Below, piece after piece: positions 1 to 10,993 of a DNA stretch of 64,000 nt; positions within the stretch are counted from its first letter, which is position 1, and every line of letters starts with the position of its first letter. The notes beneath the pieces are model-generated. The model ran no database searches. It was not told where the DNA came from and was given only the letters and a program-made list of their open reading frames with translations. This DNA is from a virus: positions 64,001 through 128,000 of the IMG/VR virus record IMGVR_UViG_3300032220_000699; one strand, written 5' to 3'. Made by a program: the position numbers and the translations under genes.

Positions 1-88
1 CAGAATCGTAAACGGACGCTTTAACGATTTGCATGTTTGCAGGTGTGCTGAATAAATTGTTCTCTGAACACTATCCATTTAATGGCTC

Positions 89-2263
89 CTAAAGGTTTAA
101 GGCTAAAAACTCTAATTGGTCATCACTAGATTGGTTTACCATCCAGGCTGAACCACCTAAATCATTTACAACTTTATTATTAAATAAAAGGTCTACTTTA
201 CTAGTAGATTTACTACCAAATTCTAGTTTAGGAAGAAGTTCAAGTTCATACTTTTCAAGATAACTAAATCCATGGTTAATAACCTGATCGAATTCTAAAG
301 TTTCATCGAGAAGAATTTTATAACCCATATCAATATTTAACTTAAAGAAATCATAATAATATAAACGACTATTTATATCTTCGCTGACAGAACAGCGATT
401 ATCTTTAGGTCCACACAAAGTAGGACTGCTGCTGTAATAGTCATTGATAAGTTGAATTGTATAACTATTAAATTTCTTAAATACTTCAACGAGAGCTTTT
501 TGAATAGTCTTATAACTATTAATAAAGTCAAGTTTATTGTCATAAAGATTATTAAGAATTGAGTAACTCATAGATTCCATAGCACTTGAATCATAAGTCA
601 TTAAATCACTGATACCGATACGAATTAAAAAGTTTTGAACTGTTTCATTATTAAATGTGTAGGTGTCAGACTTACACATTCTTTCAATCATATATTCAAA
701 CTGACCATTGATATCTTTATCGCTATAGTTACATGTGAGCAACCATATTCCGATATTTAAGTTATAAATAGATGAAATGTATTCTTGACACTGTGAACTT
801 GTTGTAACAAAGCTATAGGTAGGAATGCTGTTACGAATATCGTCAATAGTGTCATGGTACCAATATTGAGGATTATAACACATCCCGATAAGCTGCTGTG
901 TCGTAGGAAGATTTTCCTTGAACACACGCTTAATACAGTAGTCTGGAAAATCTGTTAACTCAACATTATTAGATTTATAAAGAACAATTACAAACAACTT
1001 GAAAAGATCTTTAGTTGTTAATTTAAGTTCATTGTTAGTTACAGGGTCTACTATTGTAACAAGATAGTTCATCTTGTTAGTTTTCAATAAATATGCCCAA
1101 TAATCGATAAGCGTAGGAATAAGTTTATGACGAACTGTGTCTGTATTGTCAACAATGATTGTTTCTAAGTCTTTTGTAAGCAAAGTGCTAAATAAAGAGT
1201 TCTTAAATTTATGATCAATAGTTTTAATGTTATAAGTTAACTCTTTAGGATTGCCATGAGTCAATCCAACTTCCTTTGCCTTAATATTGTCCAATGAAAA
1301 ATCATTCGGAGAATAAACAAGGTCAGCTTTATTCAGAAGTTTTTGATTACAGCGATACTTAATGTAATCAGAATCATCTGTATCATTTTCTTGTTTATAG
1401 ATATAGTTCACGAGAGAAATATTTCTATCAGTGAATAACTTATCAATAAGAATATTAAATGTGCTATTATGTCCAGCGTGATTATCAAGATACAATAAGT
1501 TTCTATAAAGGAACAAAGACTGTTTCTTAGTTAGGTAAGTATAGCTTTCATCGAGATAGTGATGACTAGCTAAATAGTTTTTAATGTGGAAAGTATGTGC
1601 TTTCAAAGTCTTAGCATTCTTTAAACGAATAGCCAAGATTTTCATTAGAATGAAGTTATAGAATACGTGATACTGACTAGCTAAGAAAAGATTATCAGAC
1701 AACGTATAATAAGGAATCATACGAATGTTCTTATAGTTATCAATTGCTTGTTGAAGTTCATACATGAGATCATGTTCATTTTCTTCAACTAGCTCAGTAG
1801 CATACGACACAATACTAAAATTCTCTAAACCAATAACTTCTTGAATTGTGTTATAGCGTTTATCACAAATAACAGCTTTAATGTATAACTCTTGTTCTGG
1901 AAATAGATCAATAATCTGTTTATAAAATAAGCCGAACTTTAAAAGTTCTTTCTTCGTTTTACGATGGAGATTAAGAATATTGCTATCCAGAGGAATGGAA
2001 GTGCCATTGTCCAGAGAAGTAATAACAATCTGAGTGTCCACCGCATGATACTCGCCCATTAAATGCTTATAATAACGCCATGTTGTTTTGTCAGATAAAT
2101 CTACAACATATGAAGGATAAGCAAGTTTAATATAGTCGTTATAAAGTTTTGCCTCATTATCATTTTTAATATTGATCGATTTGGTTAAATTGATCGTGTC
2201 TTTAATATATGTGTTAGCTAAGATATTATTACCTAATATCTTTTCAATGATCGGAGTAGACAT
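89..2263 (-). CDS. phiKZ-like virion structural protein (possible baseplate component)
   Basis: 724-aa ORF in the structural block next to the tail fibre and portal; position and composition resemble conserved phiKZ-family virion proteins; exact role not determinable. Confidence 0.6.
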   Translation of the reverse strand: MSTPIIEKILGNNILANTYIKDTINLTKSINIKNDNEAKLYNDYIKLAYPSYVVDLSDKTTWRYYKHLMGEYHAVDTQIVITSLDNGTSIPLDSNILNLHRKTKKELLKFGLFYKQIIDLFPEQELYIKAVICDKRYNTIQEVIGLENFSIVSYATELVEENEHDLMYELQQAIDNYKNIRMIPYYTLSDNLFLASQYHVFYNFILMKILAIRLKNAKTLKAHTFHIKNYLASHHYLDESYTYLTKKQSLFLYRNLLYLDNHAGHNSTFNILIDKLFTDRNISLVNYIYKQENDTDDSDYIKYRCNQKLLNKADLVYSPNDFSLDNIKAKEVGLTHGNPKELTYNIKTIDHKFKNSLFSTLLTKDLETIIVDNTDTVRHKLIPTLIDYWAYLLKTNKMNYLVTIVDPVTNNELKLTTKDLFKLFVIVLYKSNNVELTDFPDYCIKRVFKENLPTTQQLIGMCYNPQYWYHDTIDDIRNSIPTYSFVTTSSQCQEYISSIYNLNIGIWLLTCNYSDKDINGQFEYMIERMCKSDTYTFNNETVQNFLIRIGISDLMTYDSSAMESMSYSILNNLYDNKLDFINSYKTIQKALVEVFKKFNSYTIQLINDYYSSSPTLCGPKDNRCSVSEDINSRLYYYDFFKLNIDMGYKILLDETLEFDQVINHGFSYLEKYELELLPKLEFGSKSTSKVDLLFNNKVVNDLGGSAWMVNQSSDDQLEFLALNL

Positions 2264-2314
2264 AACAGTCCTTTTTCAAATAGTCAGAAAATTTGTTTAA
2301 AAAATAAAAAGAAA

Positions 2315-2340
2315 CATCCAGAGAGTCTCCTCTCTGGATG
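2315..2340 (-). terminator. intrinsic terminator after tail fibre gene
   Basis: Hairpin CATCCAGAGAG-tctc-CTCTCTGGATG with an A-tract on its left (U-tract on minus strand). Representative of about 30 similar hairpins in the window. Confidence 0.8.
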
Positions 2341-2352
2341 CTCTTATATTAA

Positions 2353-5154
2353 TTAGTACTTGATGTAACTATAAGAACCAAATGGTTCATCGGCAGAAAG
2401 ATCAGGTAACAAGAATTTATCAGAATTATTTAAAGGAACTTCACCAAGTTGAGAACCATCAAAATAAGAAGAATAATCATTCATACCACTAGAAATACTA
2501 GCAGTAATAACAACACTAGTAGTTACATTACTACCAGATACATTACCACCCATTAAATAAATTCTATTTTTGGTAATAACAGAAGCAGAATAACCAATTG
2601 CTATAGAAATAGAACTGCCAGTTGTCCAAGTTCCAAGATTACCATTGTCATCAATAGGAGCAGTGTAAACAGCACTAGTTGCTGATGTATTACCGTTGAA
2701 ACCACCAAACATATAGAGACGATTCTTAGTCACAATACACTGTGAAGCAAGAAGACCTCCAGGCATTGTAGAGTGAACTGACCAAGAACTGATAAAACCA
2801 TCACTATTAATTGTAGCATAGTAAACAGTATTACTTAAGCCACCGTTCCAGCCACCACAATAATAAATTTTATTTTTAGTAATAGCAACACCACCTGTGC
2901 AGTAAGCTACAGGTATTGTTGTACCAGTAGTCCAAGTACCTAATGTACCATCACTATTAATAGGAGCAGTGTATGTTACACCAGAGTAACTACTATTGAT
3001 ATAACAACCAATTATATAAATTCTATTTCTAGTAATTACTGCAGTACCATAACCGGCAATCACTGGTAAAGCTGTACCAAGTACCCAAGTTCCTAATGTT
3101 CCGTCGGCATTGATATCAGCAGAATAAACATTAGCTGTACTACCACCTATGATATAAACTTTATTTCTAAACGCGATAACTTGTGACGCACTTATAGCTG
3201 AAGGTAAAATTGTACCGGTCGTCCAGTTACCTAATGTACCATCAGCGTTGATAGGAGCAGTATAAACTGTAGAAACAGATGTTCCACTAACATTACCACC
3301 AAGTAAATATACACGGTTCTTTGTGACAACAGCTTGTGAATTACCTAATTGACCAGGTAAATTACTAGAAGCAGAGGTCCAACCAGTTATATCTGTGGAT
3401 TGTGTAGTATTAATCTGATACTGTTGTTGCCATGGCTTACCAGCACCAGGTGTCAGATAGTTAGTTGTATCTTCACCATAATACGAAGAATAATCATTTA
3501 ATCCGCCATTAATAGGTGCAGAATAAATAGCTGATGTCAGTGTTCCGCCAGCGCCTTGACCACCAATTAAATATATTTTATTTTTAGTACAAATAACTGC
3601 AGTTGTTCCTAAACTAGTAGGTAAAGATGTTCCTATTTCCCAGGTGCCTAATGTGCCGTCGCTATTTATGGTAGTAGTATAAACAGTAGAAACATAAGAT
3701 GAACCATTATACCCACCAAGAAGATAGACACGATTCTTAGTTACGAGTGCTTGTGAATTGGCAAGTAGATTTGGTAAACTTCCTGATGTAGTCCAATTAC
3801 CAATTGTACCATCGTCGTTAATAACAGCTGTATGAATGTTATTAGATTGATAAGAACCTAACAGATATACACGATTCTTGGTAACAATGCATGAATACCC
3901 ACTTCCAGCTTGTGGTAAAGAAGGTCCAGTAGTCCAAGTACCTATAATTCCATCTGAAGATATAGATGCAGTATAAACTGTAGAAACAGAGACAGAACCA
4001 GCCGTATTTCCACCGCAAATATACACACGGTTCCTAGTGATAAAACCACTACTCCAGCCTAAAGCGACCGGTAACGATGTTCCAGTAGTCCAAGTACCCA
4101 AAGTACCATCGGCATTAACAACAGCGGTATAAACTGTTGAAACTTGTACAGAATTATCCGTGTAAGCACCAATTAGGTAAACACGGTTTTTAGTAATAAG
4201 AGCAACAGATAAAGACATAATACCAGGCAAAGCTGTGCCTGCTACCCATGCCCCTAGCGTACCGTCGGCGTTAATTGGTGCTGTTAAAACAGCATTAGTG
4301 TAAACACCATTCCATCCGCCAAGCATATAAACACGGTTCTTGGTAACGATAGCCTGAGAATAATATAATCCATTAGGAAGGGTTGAAGAATCAGCAGACC
4401 AACCTGTAATATCGTTAGACTGTGTTGAATTTATAAGATATTGTTGTTTCCAAGGCTGACCATTACCTACGATATTGTTATTTGAATATTGGTTACCAAT
4501 AACAGAATAAAGATTAGCGTAAGTCGTCTTATCAACTTCAGCGCCGTTACACTTCAAGAAACCGCTAGGTGTGGTCGAATAAGGTTTACGAAGAATATCA
4601 CCAACAGCAATACCACCATTACTGATAAGAGCATCAACATACTGCTTGGTGGCTATATGGCTACCAAGAGTAGGTTCATTTGAAATAGTTAAGAAACCAA
4701 GCATTGTAGCGCCATTAACACTGACACCATTAGTAATTCCGTAACCACTTAAAGTTGAAGGAAGTGATCCTTGATTAATTTTTGACCAGTTAAGTCCAAA
4801 AGGAATGTCAGAGTCATTGATATTTGACCCACCTGTAACAATACCTTTAGAATTAACCGTTACCTTTGAATATTCTCCAGCTATAACGCCGCTATTATTT
4901 AAAGTAAGTTGTGTTGTTCCAGGTGATGACTGAAGATCACCTGTGAAATTCGGAAGACGAGCAGCTGGTAAAGTTCCAGCTGTCAGATTACCGGCATTGA
5001 TACTGTTATAGTATGCATCAACATACTGTTTAGGAACAGCTTCCAGTGTTTGACTAGGATTACCAGCCAGCAGCAAAGGACCAGAAATATTACCACCATT
5101 TTCTGTGATGCCACCGCCAGAATAACCGCCCTCGGCATATAAATCTAATCTCAT
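2353..5154 (-). CDS. tail fibre / receptor-binding protein with tail-collar domain and two 6-bladed Kelch-like propellers
   Basis: Fibre repeats (KQYVD twice; VTVNSKGIVTGG), collar motif GDILRKPYSTTPSGFLKCNGAEVDKTTYANLYSVIG, 12 KNRVYxxGG-type blades, C-terminal FLLPDL. Confidence 0.8.
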   Translation of the reverse strand: MRLDLYAEGGYSGGGITENGGNISGPLLLAGNPSQTLEAVPKQYVDAYYNSINAGNLTAGTLPAARLPNFTGDLQSSPGTTQLTLNNSGVIAGEYSKVTVNSKGIVTGGSNINDSDIPFGLNWSKINQGSLPSTLSGYGITNGVSVNGATMLGFLTISNEPTLGSHIATKQYVDALISNGGIAVGDILRKPYSTTPSGFLKCNGAEVDKTTYANLYSVIGNQYSNNNIVGNGQPWKQQYLINSTQSNDITGWSADSSTLPNGLYYSQAIVTKNRVYMLGGWNGVYTNAVLTAPINADGTLGAWVAGTALPGIMSLSVALITKNRVYLIGAYTDNSVQVSTVYTAVVNADGTLGTWTTGTSLPVALGWSSGFITRNRVYICGGNTAGSVSVSTVYTASISSDGIIGTWTTGPSLPQAGSGYSCIVTKNRVYLLGSYQSNNIHTAVINDDGTIGNWTTSGSLPNLLANSQALVTKNRVYLLGGYNGSSYVSTVYTTTINSDGTLGTWEIGTSLPTSLGTTAVICTKNKIYLIGGQGAGGTLTSAIYSAPINGGLNDYSSYYGEDTTNYLTPGAGKPWQQQYQINTTQSTDITGWTSASSNLPGQLGNSQAVVTKNRVYLLGGNVSGTSVSTVYTAPINADGTLGNWTTGTILPSAISASQVIAFRNKVYIIGGSTANVYSADINADGTLGTWVLGTALPVIAGYGTAVITRNRIYIIGCYINSSYSGVTYTAPINSDGTLGTWTTGTTIPVAYCTGGVAITKNKIYYCGGWNGGLSNTVYYATINSDGFISSWSVHSTMPGGLLASQCIVTKNRLYMFGGFNGNTSATSAVYTAPIDDNGNLGTWTTGSSISIAIGYSASVITKNRIYLMGGNVSGSNVTTSVVITASISSGMNDYSSYFDGSQLGEVPLNNSDKFLLPDLSADEPFGSYSYIKY

Positions 5155-5240
5155 GTTAACTCCTTAAGTTAGCCTGTAAATATGGTTCACAGAATTCTTT
5201 TAATCAATTAGCTATATTAAAAAAATAAACCGAGAATTTT

Positions 5241-7868
5241 GTGACTATATCAAGAGGAATTGCTATGCCTGTCAAACCAAGCAGTTTAGTGTCCATTATT
5301 AATCAAAATAAAGACAAGAAACTTGTAGCGTCTAAGATTATTGAGACTAACCCTAAAGTCCTTCCTGTTCTTCCTAAGCTCATTGCCGATGCCGAAACAT
5401 CGAGAAGTATGGCTAATCCGGATAACAGACTGAACATTAATCGTAGTCTCTTAGAAAATATTTATCATAAAATCAAAAGTGTTAAACAGAATAACAAGAA
5501 CATTATCAAATTGTTTCCTGATATTGAACTTGCCATTCAGATTCTTGTGAGTTCTATTCTGTCTCCTAAAAAAATGACAGATATTCAGTTGAACTATAAA
5601 CTGGATAAGAATTTCGATATCAACACAGTTGTTGTTGCTAACATCATTGAAAAGGTTAAGACCTATATTAATGATGAATATGAGTTAGAAGAAAAGCTTC
5701 CTGAGATTCTTCGTGAAGCTCTCTTTAACTCTGGTGCATATGCATTAGCAGTGATTCCTGAATCGTCGGTTGACGAAATCATTAACACAGATTTGCTTCC
5801 GTCTTATTCTACAGAAGACTTTAAACAACGTGCTGATATTCTTATCAGTAACTTGGTTAAGCCTATTAATATTCTTAACACCCAAGATCGTGTCGTTCCT
5901 TTAGAAACAACTGGTAAACCGACTGCTGATAATCTTATTAAACATATGGCTTCGGAAGCCTTTGTTAGTATCACTGACAATATCGGTGTCCTAAAGTTTA
6001 GTAGTATTCGTGAGAAGATTAATAAGTCTCTTGTGAAGAATGCTATCAAGAGTAATATTGCTATTTCTACTGAGTCAAGAGAAAAGCTTGACTACATGGA
6101 TATATTCCGTCAGAAGAGTTCAATGTCTCAGATTAAAGATATTGAATTCATTAAGACAAAGACTGAAACAAAACGTAAGTCTGTCGGTAAACCGATGGTT
6201 ATTAAGATTCCGACTGAATCAGTTATTCCTATTTTTATTCCTGGTGATGAAACTGAACATATCGGTTATTTCATTCTGTTGGATGAAACAGGTAAACCAT
6301 TAAATACAGAAATTAAGGATACCGATTTAAGTCAACTTAATTCTGTTATTAATCAGAGTTCACAGGCTAGTCAGTTAACTCCTGTTCAGAAGGCTTACAA
6401 TAGTCTTGTAGGGGATAATACATCCAATGTTGATATCAATCAACTATTTAGTCTTTATAAAGATGTTCTTGAACGTCAAATCTATCAGTCCGTAAAGAAT
6501 AGTCTTTACGGTTCTAATATTGAAATTGCCAATAAAAACGATATCTATTTCTTGATGTTTACTCGTGCTCTATCAGAACAAAGGACTTCTGTTCTTTATG
6601 TTCCGAAAGACATGCTTATCTATTTTGCTTTCTATTACAATGAACTTGGTCTTGGTAAATCTCTTCTTGAGAACCTTTCTGTTCTTTGTAGTCTTCGTGC
6701 TATCCTTCTTTTCTCCAAGGTCATGGCCTATGCCAAGCAGTCTATTGACGTGACCAAGGTGAATATTGCTCTCGATCCGAATGATCCTGACCCTGAGAAG
6801 ACTATTGAACAAGTTCAAGACTCTGTTTTGAAACTTCGTCAGAATTATTTCCCATTGGGTATTAATAATCCAGCTGACTTGGTTAACTGGATTCAGAGAG
6901 CAGGTTTGCAGTTTAGCTATAGCAATAATCCATTGTTGCCGAATATTCAGATTGACTTTGAAAATGCTAATCTTCAACACACTGTTCCTAGTTCTGAACT
7001 GGAAGAAGACCTTCGTAAGCAGACTATTCTTGCACTGGGTCTTACACCTGAAACGATTGATAGTGGATTCACACCTGAATTTGCTACAACTGTTGTTAAT
7101 AATAACATTCTTCTCTCGAAGCGTGTTTCTATTTATCAGAAAGCTCTGATTAAACATCTATCATCTTTCTTGTCTGCTATTATCTATAACGATGAAGACC
7201 TTCGTAACGAGCTTCGTAAAGAAGTTCTGGAAAATGTTGATGCATTGAATGATCAACTTAGCGATGAAGAGAAACAACTTCTCACCAAGAGTAAAGATGA
7301 GTTTATCGAATACTTCTTGAATAAGTTTGGTGAAAGCCTGTATATCGAGCTTCCGAAGCCTGAGAATACTAATCTCACTAACTTGTCTGCTGAATACGAT
7401 ATTTATAAAGAAAATCTTGAGAAAGTTCTTGATTCCATTCTTTCTAGTGAAATCTTTACTGAAAATATTGCTGGTGAATTGTCTAATCATATCGACACCA
7501 TTAAAAATGTTTACAAACATCATTTGCTTCGTACTTGGATGGCAAATAACAACTTCTATCCTGAAGCTCTGGAATTTGGCAAACAGAATAATGAAACAGA
7601 TGACGCTGATAAGCTTCTCGAAATCATCCAAGAACACTTGGTTGGTACTTCGAGAAATGCTGATAAGCTTATTAATGTTCTTCAGACCTATAAGGATGCT
7701 CTAAATAAGGATCTTGAAAAGGTTAATGGTGAAGGCGGTGCTTCTTCCTCATCAGGTTCATACGGTGGCGGAGGTGGTGACGATGAATCCTCCACTGGAG
7801 ATAATCCTGACGGTGGTGGCGATGATGCATTCGGACTAGGTGCCGGTGATTTAGATCTAAGTTTGTAA
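5241..7868 (+). CDS. portal protein, phiKZ-type
   Basis: 875 aa, lone plus-strand gene in the head/tail block. Contains LFPDIELAIQILVSSILSP, GLGKSLLE and FTPEFATT segments and an acidic Gly-rich C-tail, as recalled for phiKZ-family portals. Confidence 0.8.
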   Translation: MTISRGIAMPVKPSSLVSIINQNKDKKLVASKIIETNPKVLPVLPKLIADAETSRSMANPDNRLNINRSLLENIYHKIKSVKQNNKNIIKLFPDIELAIQILVSSILSPKKMTDIQLNYKLDKNFDINTVVVANIIEKVKTYINDEYELEEKLPEILREALFNSGAYALAVIPESSVDEIINTDLLPSYSTEDFKQRADILISNLVKPINILNTQDRVVPLETTGKPTADNLIKHMASEAFVSITDNIGVLKFSSIREKINKSLVKNAIKSNIAISTESREKLDYMDIFRQKSSMSQIKDIEFIKTKTETKRKSVGKPMVIKIPTESVIPIFIPGDETEHIGYFILLDETGKPLNTEIKDTDLSQLNSVINQSSQASQLTPVQKAYNSLVGDNTSNVDINQLFSLYKDVLERQIYQSVKNSLYGSNIEIANKNDIYFLMFTRALSEQRTSVLYVPKDMLIYFAFYYNELGLGKSLLENLSVLCSLRAILLFSKVMAYAKQSIDVTKVNIALDPNDPDPEKTIEQVQDSVLKLRQNYFPLGINNPADLVNWIQRAGLQFSYSNNPLLPNIQIDFENANLQHTVPSSELEEDLRKQTILALGLTPETIDSGFTPEFATTVVNNNILLSKRVSIYQKALIKHLSSFLSAIIYNDEDLRNELRKEVLENVDALNDQLSDEEKQLLTKSKDEFIEYFLNKFGESLYIELPKPENTNLTNLSAEYDIYKENLEKVLDSILSSEIFTENIAGELSNHIDTIKNVYKHHLLRTWMANNNFYPEALEFGKQNNETDDADKLLEIIQEHLVGTSRNADKLINVLQTYKDALNKDLEKVNGEGGASSSSGSYGGGGGDDESSTGDNPDGGGDDAFGLGAGDLDLSL

Positions 7869-7881
7869 AAAAAAAAATAAG

Positions 7882-7909
7882 ACTAGAGAGGGAGTGATCC
7901 CTCTCTAGT
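7882..7909. terminator. bidirectional terminator between convergent genes
   Basis: ACTAGAGAGGGA-gtga-TCCCTCTCTAGT hairpin with an A-tract on the left and T-rich sequence on the right. Confidence 0.8.
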
Positions 7910-7919
7910 TCTTTATTGT

Positions 7920-9230
7920 TTACATCTTCTTGATAAAGATCTGACCCTTAAGATTGCGGGACAGTTGGATAACATATTTGTCGATGCTAACCATATAACA
8001 AACAGCAGTGTTCTGTGCTTCAAACATAAACTCAGCAGCAGATAACAGGAACTTGTTAATTAGATTGTCTTCAATCACAGTGAGTGTAGAAGGAGCATTG
8101 ACAATACCAAGTTCATGTGAGTACTTATCGACATAAGCAATGGTGTAAAGTTCCGGAACATATGTAACGGCTTTACCTTCTTGCTGATCAAGTTGTTTCA
8201 AACTATCAAGAGCACCCTTAGTATCTTCAACAAAGGCATTCATATAGTTAATCAATTCGTCTTCAAGATCTTCATCAGTGTCTTCCAGATTACGGAGGAA
8301 CTTAAGAAGTTCATTGAAATCGGTCATGAAGGAATCAATATTGACCGGGACAGGACTGTTGACACCAATGAAGTCATTGATAGCTGTAGTCATGATTGTG
8401 TCAAAAGAATCCAGCAGATGGATATCGTATTTACTAGTCAATGTAGGCCACAAGGCTTTCATTGCTTTATAGATCGCCTTGACATCATTATCAAGGATCA
8501 GTTCGTTAAATTTAGCTTGTTCGAAAGACTTATAGAAGCTATTCTCGACAAGATAATTGCCAATGACCATCAGCTTATTGATACCTTCATCGTGAGCGTG
8601 ATCAATAGCACTTTCAACCGCTTCTTCAAAGCAATCGGTCAGCGTAAGCTTATCCTTAAGCGTGAAGATTTGGTTGGGTTTGATTTCATCATAAAAGCTT
8701 GACAGGATAACTTTTGTATTACCTGCAAACTTAACACCCTTACTTACATCAATGCTAAACACTGACGGGGGTTCTTGTGTTTCAACTTGTTGTTCCACAG
8801 CTTGTGTCCCTGTATTAGTATTCAATGACTGAAAGCGAGAATCGGACATCATTTCCATCTCGCCGCTCATAGTACCTGTAAGATGACCAGATAACGTTTG
8901 ATTTTGATTACCAAAACGTCCTGGGTTAGTAGGCATACCACCTTGCATCGGCATCATTCCGCCATGCATCGGCATTCCTACATTCATAGGCATACCCGTG
9001 TTCATGGGCATCATATTCATATTGTTCGGCATTTGCAAAGCTCCACTAGCTATCAGAGCCTGTGCCTGTTGTGGAGTTACTTGCTGACCATTAGGAAGTA
9101 CAATCAATCCATTCGGCAACTGAACCAGTCCGGGAACTTGTTGTTGCTGTTGCTGAACCATTTGCTGATGCTGTTGTTGCATCTGCATGTGGCCACCAGC
9201 TGGATGTGGACTAGAAAAACGATGATGCAT
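7920..9230 (-). CDS. hypothetical protein with Q/M/G/P-rich N-terminus
   Basis: 436-aa ORF; GGAG RBS upstream; low-complexity first ~110 aa followed by an acidic helical domain. Confidence 0.7.
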   Translation of the reverse strand: MHHRFSSPHPAGGHMQMQQQHQQMVQQQQQQVPGLVQLPNGLIVLPNGQQVTPQQAQALIASGALQMPNNMNMMPMNTGMPMNVGMPMHGGMMPMQGGMPTNPGRFGNQNQTLSGHLTGTMSGEMEMMSDSRFQSLNTNTGTQAVEQQVETQEPPSVFSIDVSKGVKFAGNTKVILSSFYDEIKPNQIFTLKDKLTLTDCFEEAVESAIDHAHDEGINKLMVIGNYLVENSFYKSFEQAKFNELILDNDVKAIYKAMKALWPTLTSKYDIHLLDSFDTIMTTAINDFIGVNSPVPVNIDSFMTDFNELLKFLRNLEDTDEDLEDELINYMNAFVEDTKGALDSLKQLDQQEGKAVTYVPELYTIAYVDKYSHELGIVNAPSTLTVIEDNLINKFLLSAAEFMFEAQNTAVCYMVSIDKYVIQLSRNLKGQIFIKKM

Positions 9231-9250
9231 ATCTACTATTCTCCTTTGAC

Positions 9251-10993
9251 TTAATCAGTGTCAATTTGTTCCATCAATTCAAAATCGTCAGACGAACTAT
9301 CATCGTCTTCGAGTTCGACCCCTTCTGCTAACAGTAGATCCGGAACAAACTCGTCACCATCCTGAATGTCTTCCGACACAGTGATGTTAGCGAGCAGTCT
9401 ATCCGTTTCTTCAATAATGTTATTAAAGACAGGATGCGGGAGCACAGATCCCGTAGCCAAATCAATATTAACGTAAGGGTTAAGACGAACCACAGGAACA
9501 GGGTTCTTCTTACTCAGTCCGAGAATACTTCCAACTGTCGCCATACTAGCCACAATCTTCTTTCTCTCGGATGTATTTACGTCAGCATTATTAATGTTAA
9601 CGAAATCAGATTCTTGTTGAACAACCATAGCCGTATTTTTCGGATACAGATGATCACCAGAATACTCGATACTCGTTACATATTGTTTGTCTTTCTTAAG
9701 CGAAAATATCGCTCGAGTGACGAAGTATTTCTTAAAGATTTTATCAACAATCTTAGAGTCAAGCTTTTCGTTATTGATACGAAGCTCTTCTTTATTAATA
9801 TCAAGAACTATACGAGTGATACGAGAAGTCAGATGCGACAAAATAAACGATTCGATCTCATATGTCTTGTTATGATATAGACTACGAACTTCTGCATTCA
9901 TAATCCAGTTATTAAACTGTTTAAAGATAACACCAAGCAACCCGATCAGGTTGTTAGAGTCAACACCAATATCACGCAGTTTACCAATCGTAATCGTATC
10001 AAAGCTCGAGTTCAGATCGTTAAAGTGTGCATTGATTTTTTCACTGAGATAAGCAAGACCGTGATTACCAGAGTGGATGATCTCACCAAGCAAACGTTTC
10101 CAGATAAGCGTGTTATCCAGTTCGTCAATGCTAATAGCTTCAGGGAAGTTATCGATGATGTAAAACAGATTACCAACAACGTAAAGAACATCTTCGTTGT
10201 ATTTGTCTTCATCAACAACAAACTTAATACTCGTCTTCTGATAGAGTTGTTTGTTCCTGATATAACCATGAGGTGCGTTACCAGTGCTTGATAACACAAC
10301 CTTATCAGTCTTACTATAATCATACATCGGCTTAGGAACAAACCCAAGCAACATATGCATAGTCTTTGTGAAACCATAGTTAGCAAGCAGGTAATGCATA
10401 ACCGTAGTGTTAGCCTTGGTCGTATCTTCCAGCTTCTTAACTTGATTCTTATAAAGTTCAGTGTTCACAATAGAAACACGATTAAACACACCACTGGTTT
10501 GACCAGGTTGCTGAACTTGAATACTGAAGTAAGTACGAGTGAAACTATACTTAGCAGTCAGGATGTTAATGAAGATGATCTTATCACCGATACTGATAAC
10601 CTTATCCGATAGAACAGGCATCACAAGGAAGTTATTACCACTCAGATGAATGATGTTACCCTTGTTCATATACGGGATATAGAAATGATGACGACGAATA
10701 TTTTCTTCATCACCATACTTAAACATAAACTCAACAAGATAAATATCGTTTTCAGCGATATCGTGAATAACCTTGCTAGTCTTATTAAACAAAAACTTAT
10801 TTTCTTCCTTAGGCAACAGTTCCCTGTAGCCTAAGTATTGTAAATGGGTGTTCGTCTTACTGTTACATGAATACTTAATAAAGTTATCGATATATGCAAT
10901 AGCATTGTTCAATCGGTGGTAGCAGAGACCTTCTACTGCCTGTTGATTGAATTTAGGAGTTTTATCCGCGATAAATTGGGCTAGTGTTTTCAA
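9251..10993 (-). CDS. non-virion RNA polymerase beta-like subunit (phiKZ gp123-like)
   Basis: 580 aa; FYIPYMNKGNIIHLSGNNFLVMPVLSD matches the beta-subunit N-terminal motif of split jumbo-phage RNAPs; located just downstream of the capsid gene as in phiKZ. Confidence 0.75.
   Translation of the reverse strand: MKTLAQFIADKTPKFNQQAVEGLCYHRLNNAIAYIDNFIKYSCNSKTNTHLQYLGYRELLPKEENKFLFNKTSKVIHDIAENDIYLVEFMFKYGDEENIRRHHFYIPYMNKGNIIHLSGNNFLVMPVLSDKVISIGDKIIFINILTAKYSFTRTYFSIQVQQPGQTSGVFNRVSIVNTELYKNQVKKLEDTTKANTTVMHYLLANYGFTKTMHMLLGFVPKPMYDYSKTDKVVLSSTGNAPHGYIRNKQLYQKTSIKFVVDEDKYNEDVLYVVGNLFYIIDNFPEAISIDELDNTLIWKRLLGEIIHSGNHGLAYLSEKINAHFNDLNSSFDTITIGKLRDIGVDSNNLIGLLGVIFKQFNNWIMNAEVRSLYHNKTYEIESFILSHLTSRITRIVLDINKEELRINNEKLDSKIVDKIFKKYFVTRAIFSLKKDKQYVTSIEYSGDHLYPKNTAMVVQQESDFVNINNADVNTSERKKIVASMATVGSILGLSKKNPVPVVRLNPYVNIDLATGSVLPHPVFNNIIEETDRLLANITVSEDIQDGDEFVPDLLLAEGVELEDDDSSSDDFELMEQIDTD

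Noticed and set aside
2425-4464. Propeller duplication as a DGR template/variable repeat pair
   Set aside because: Both copies are in-frame coding, differences are not adenine-specific, and no reverse transcriptase is in the window.
5804-7704. Alternative-frame and antisense ORFs within the portal gene
   Set aside because: Fully nested in a well-supported CDS with implausible composition.
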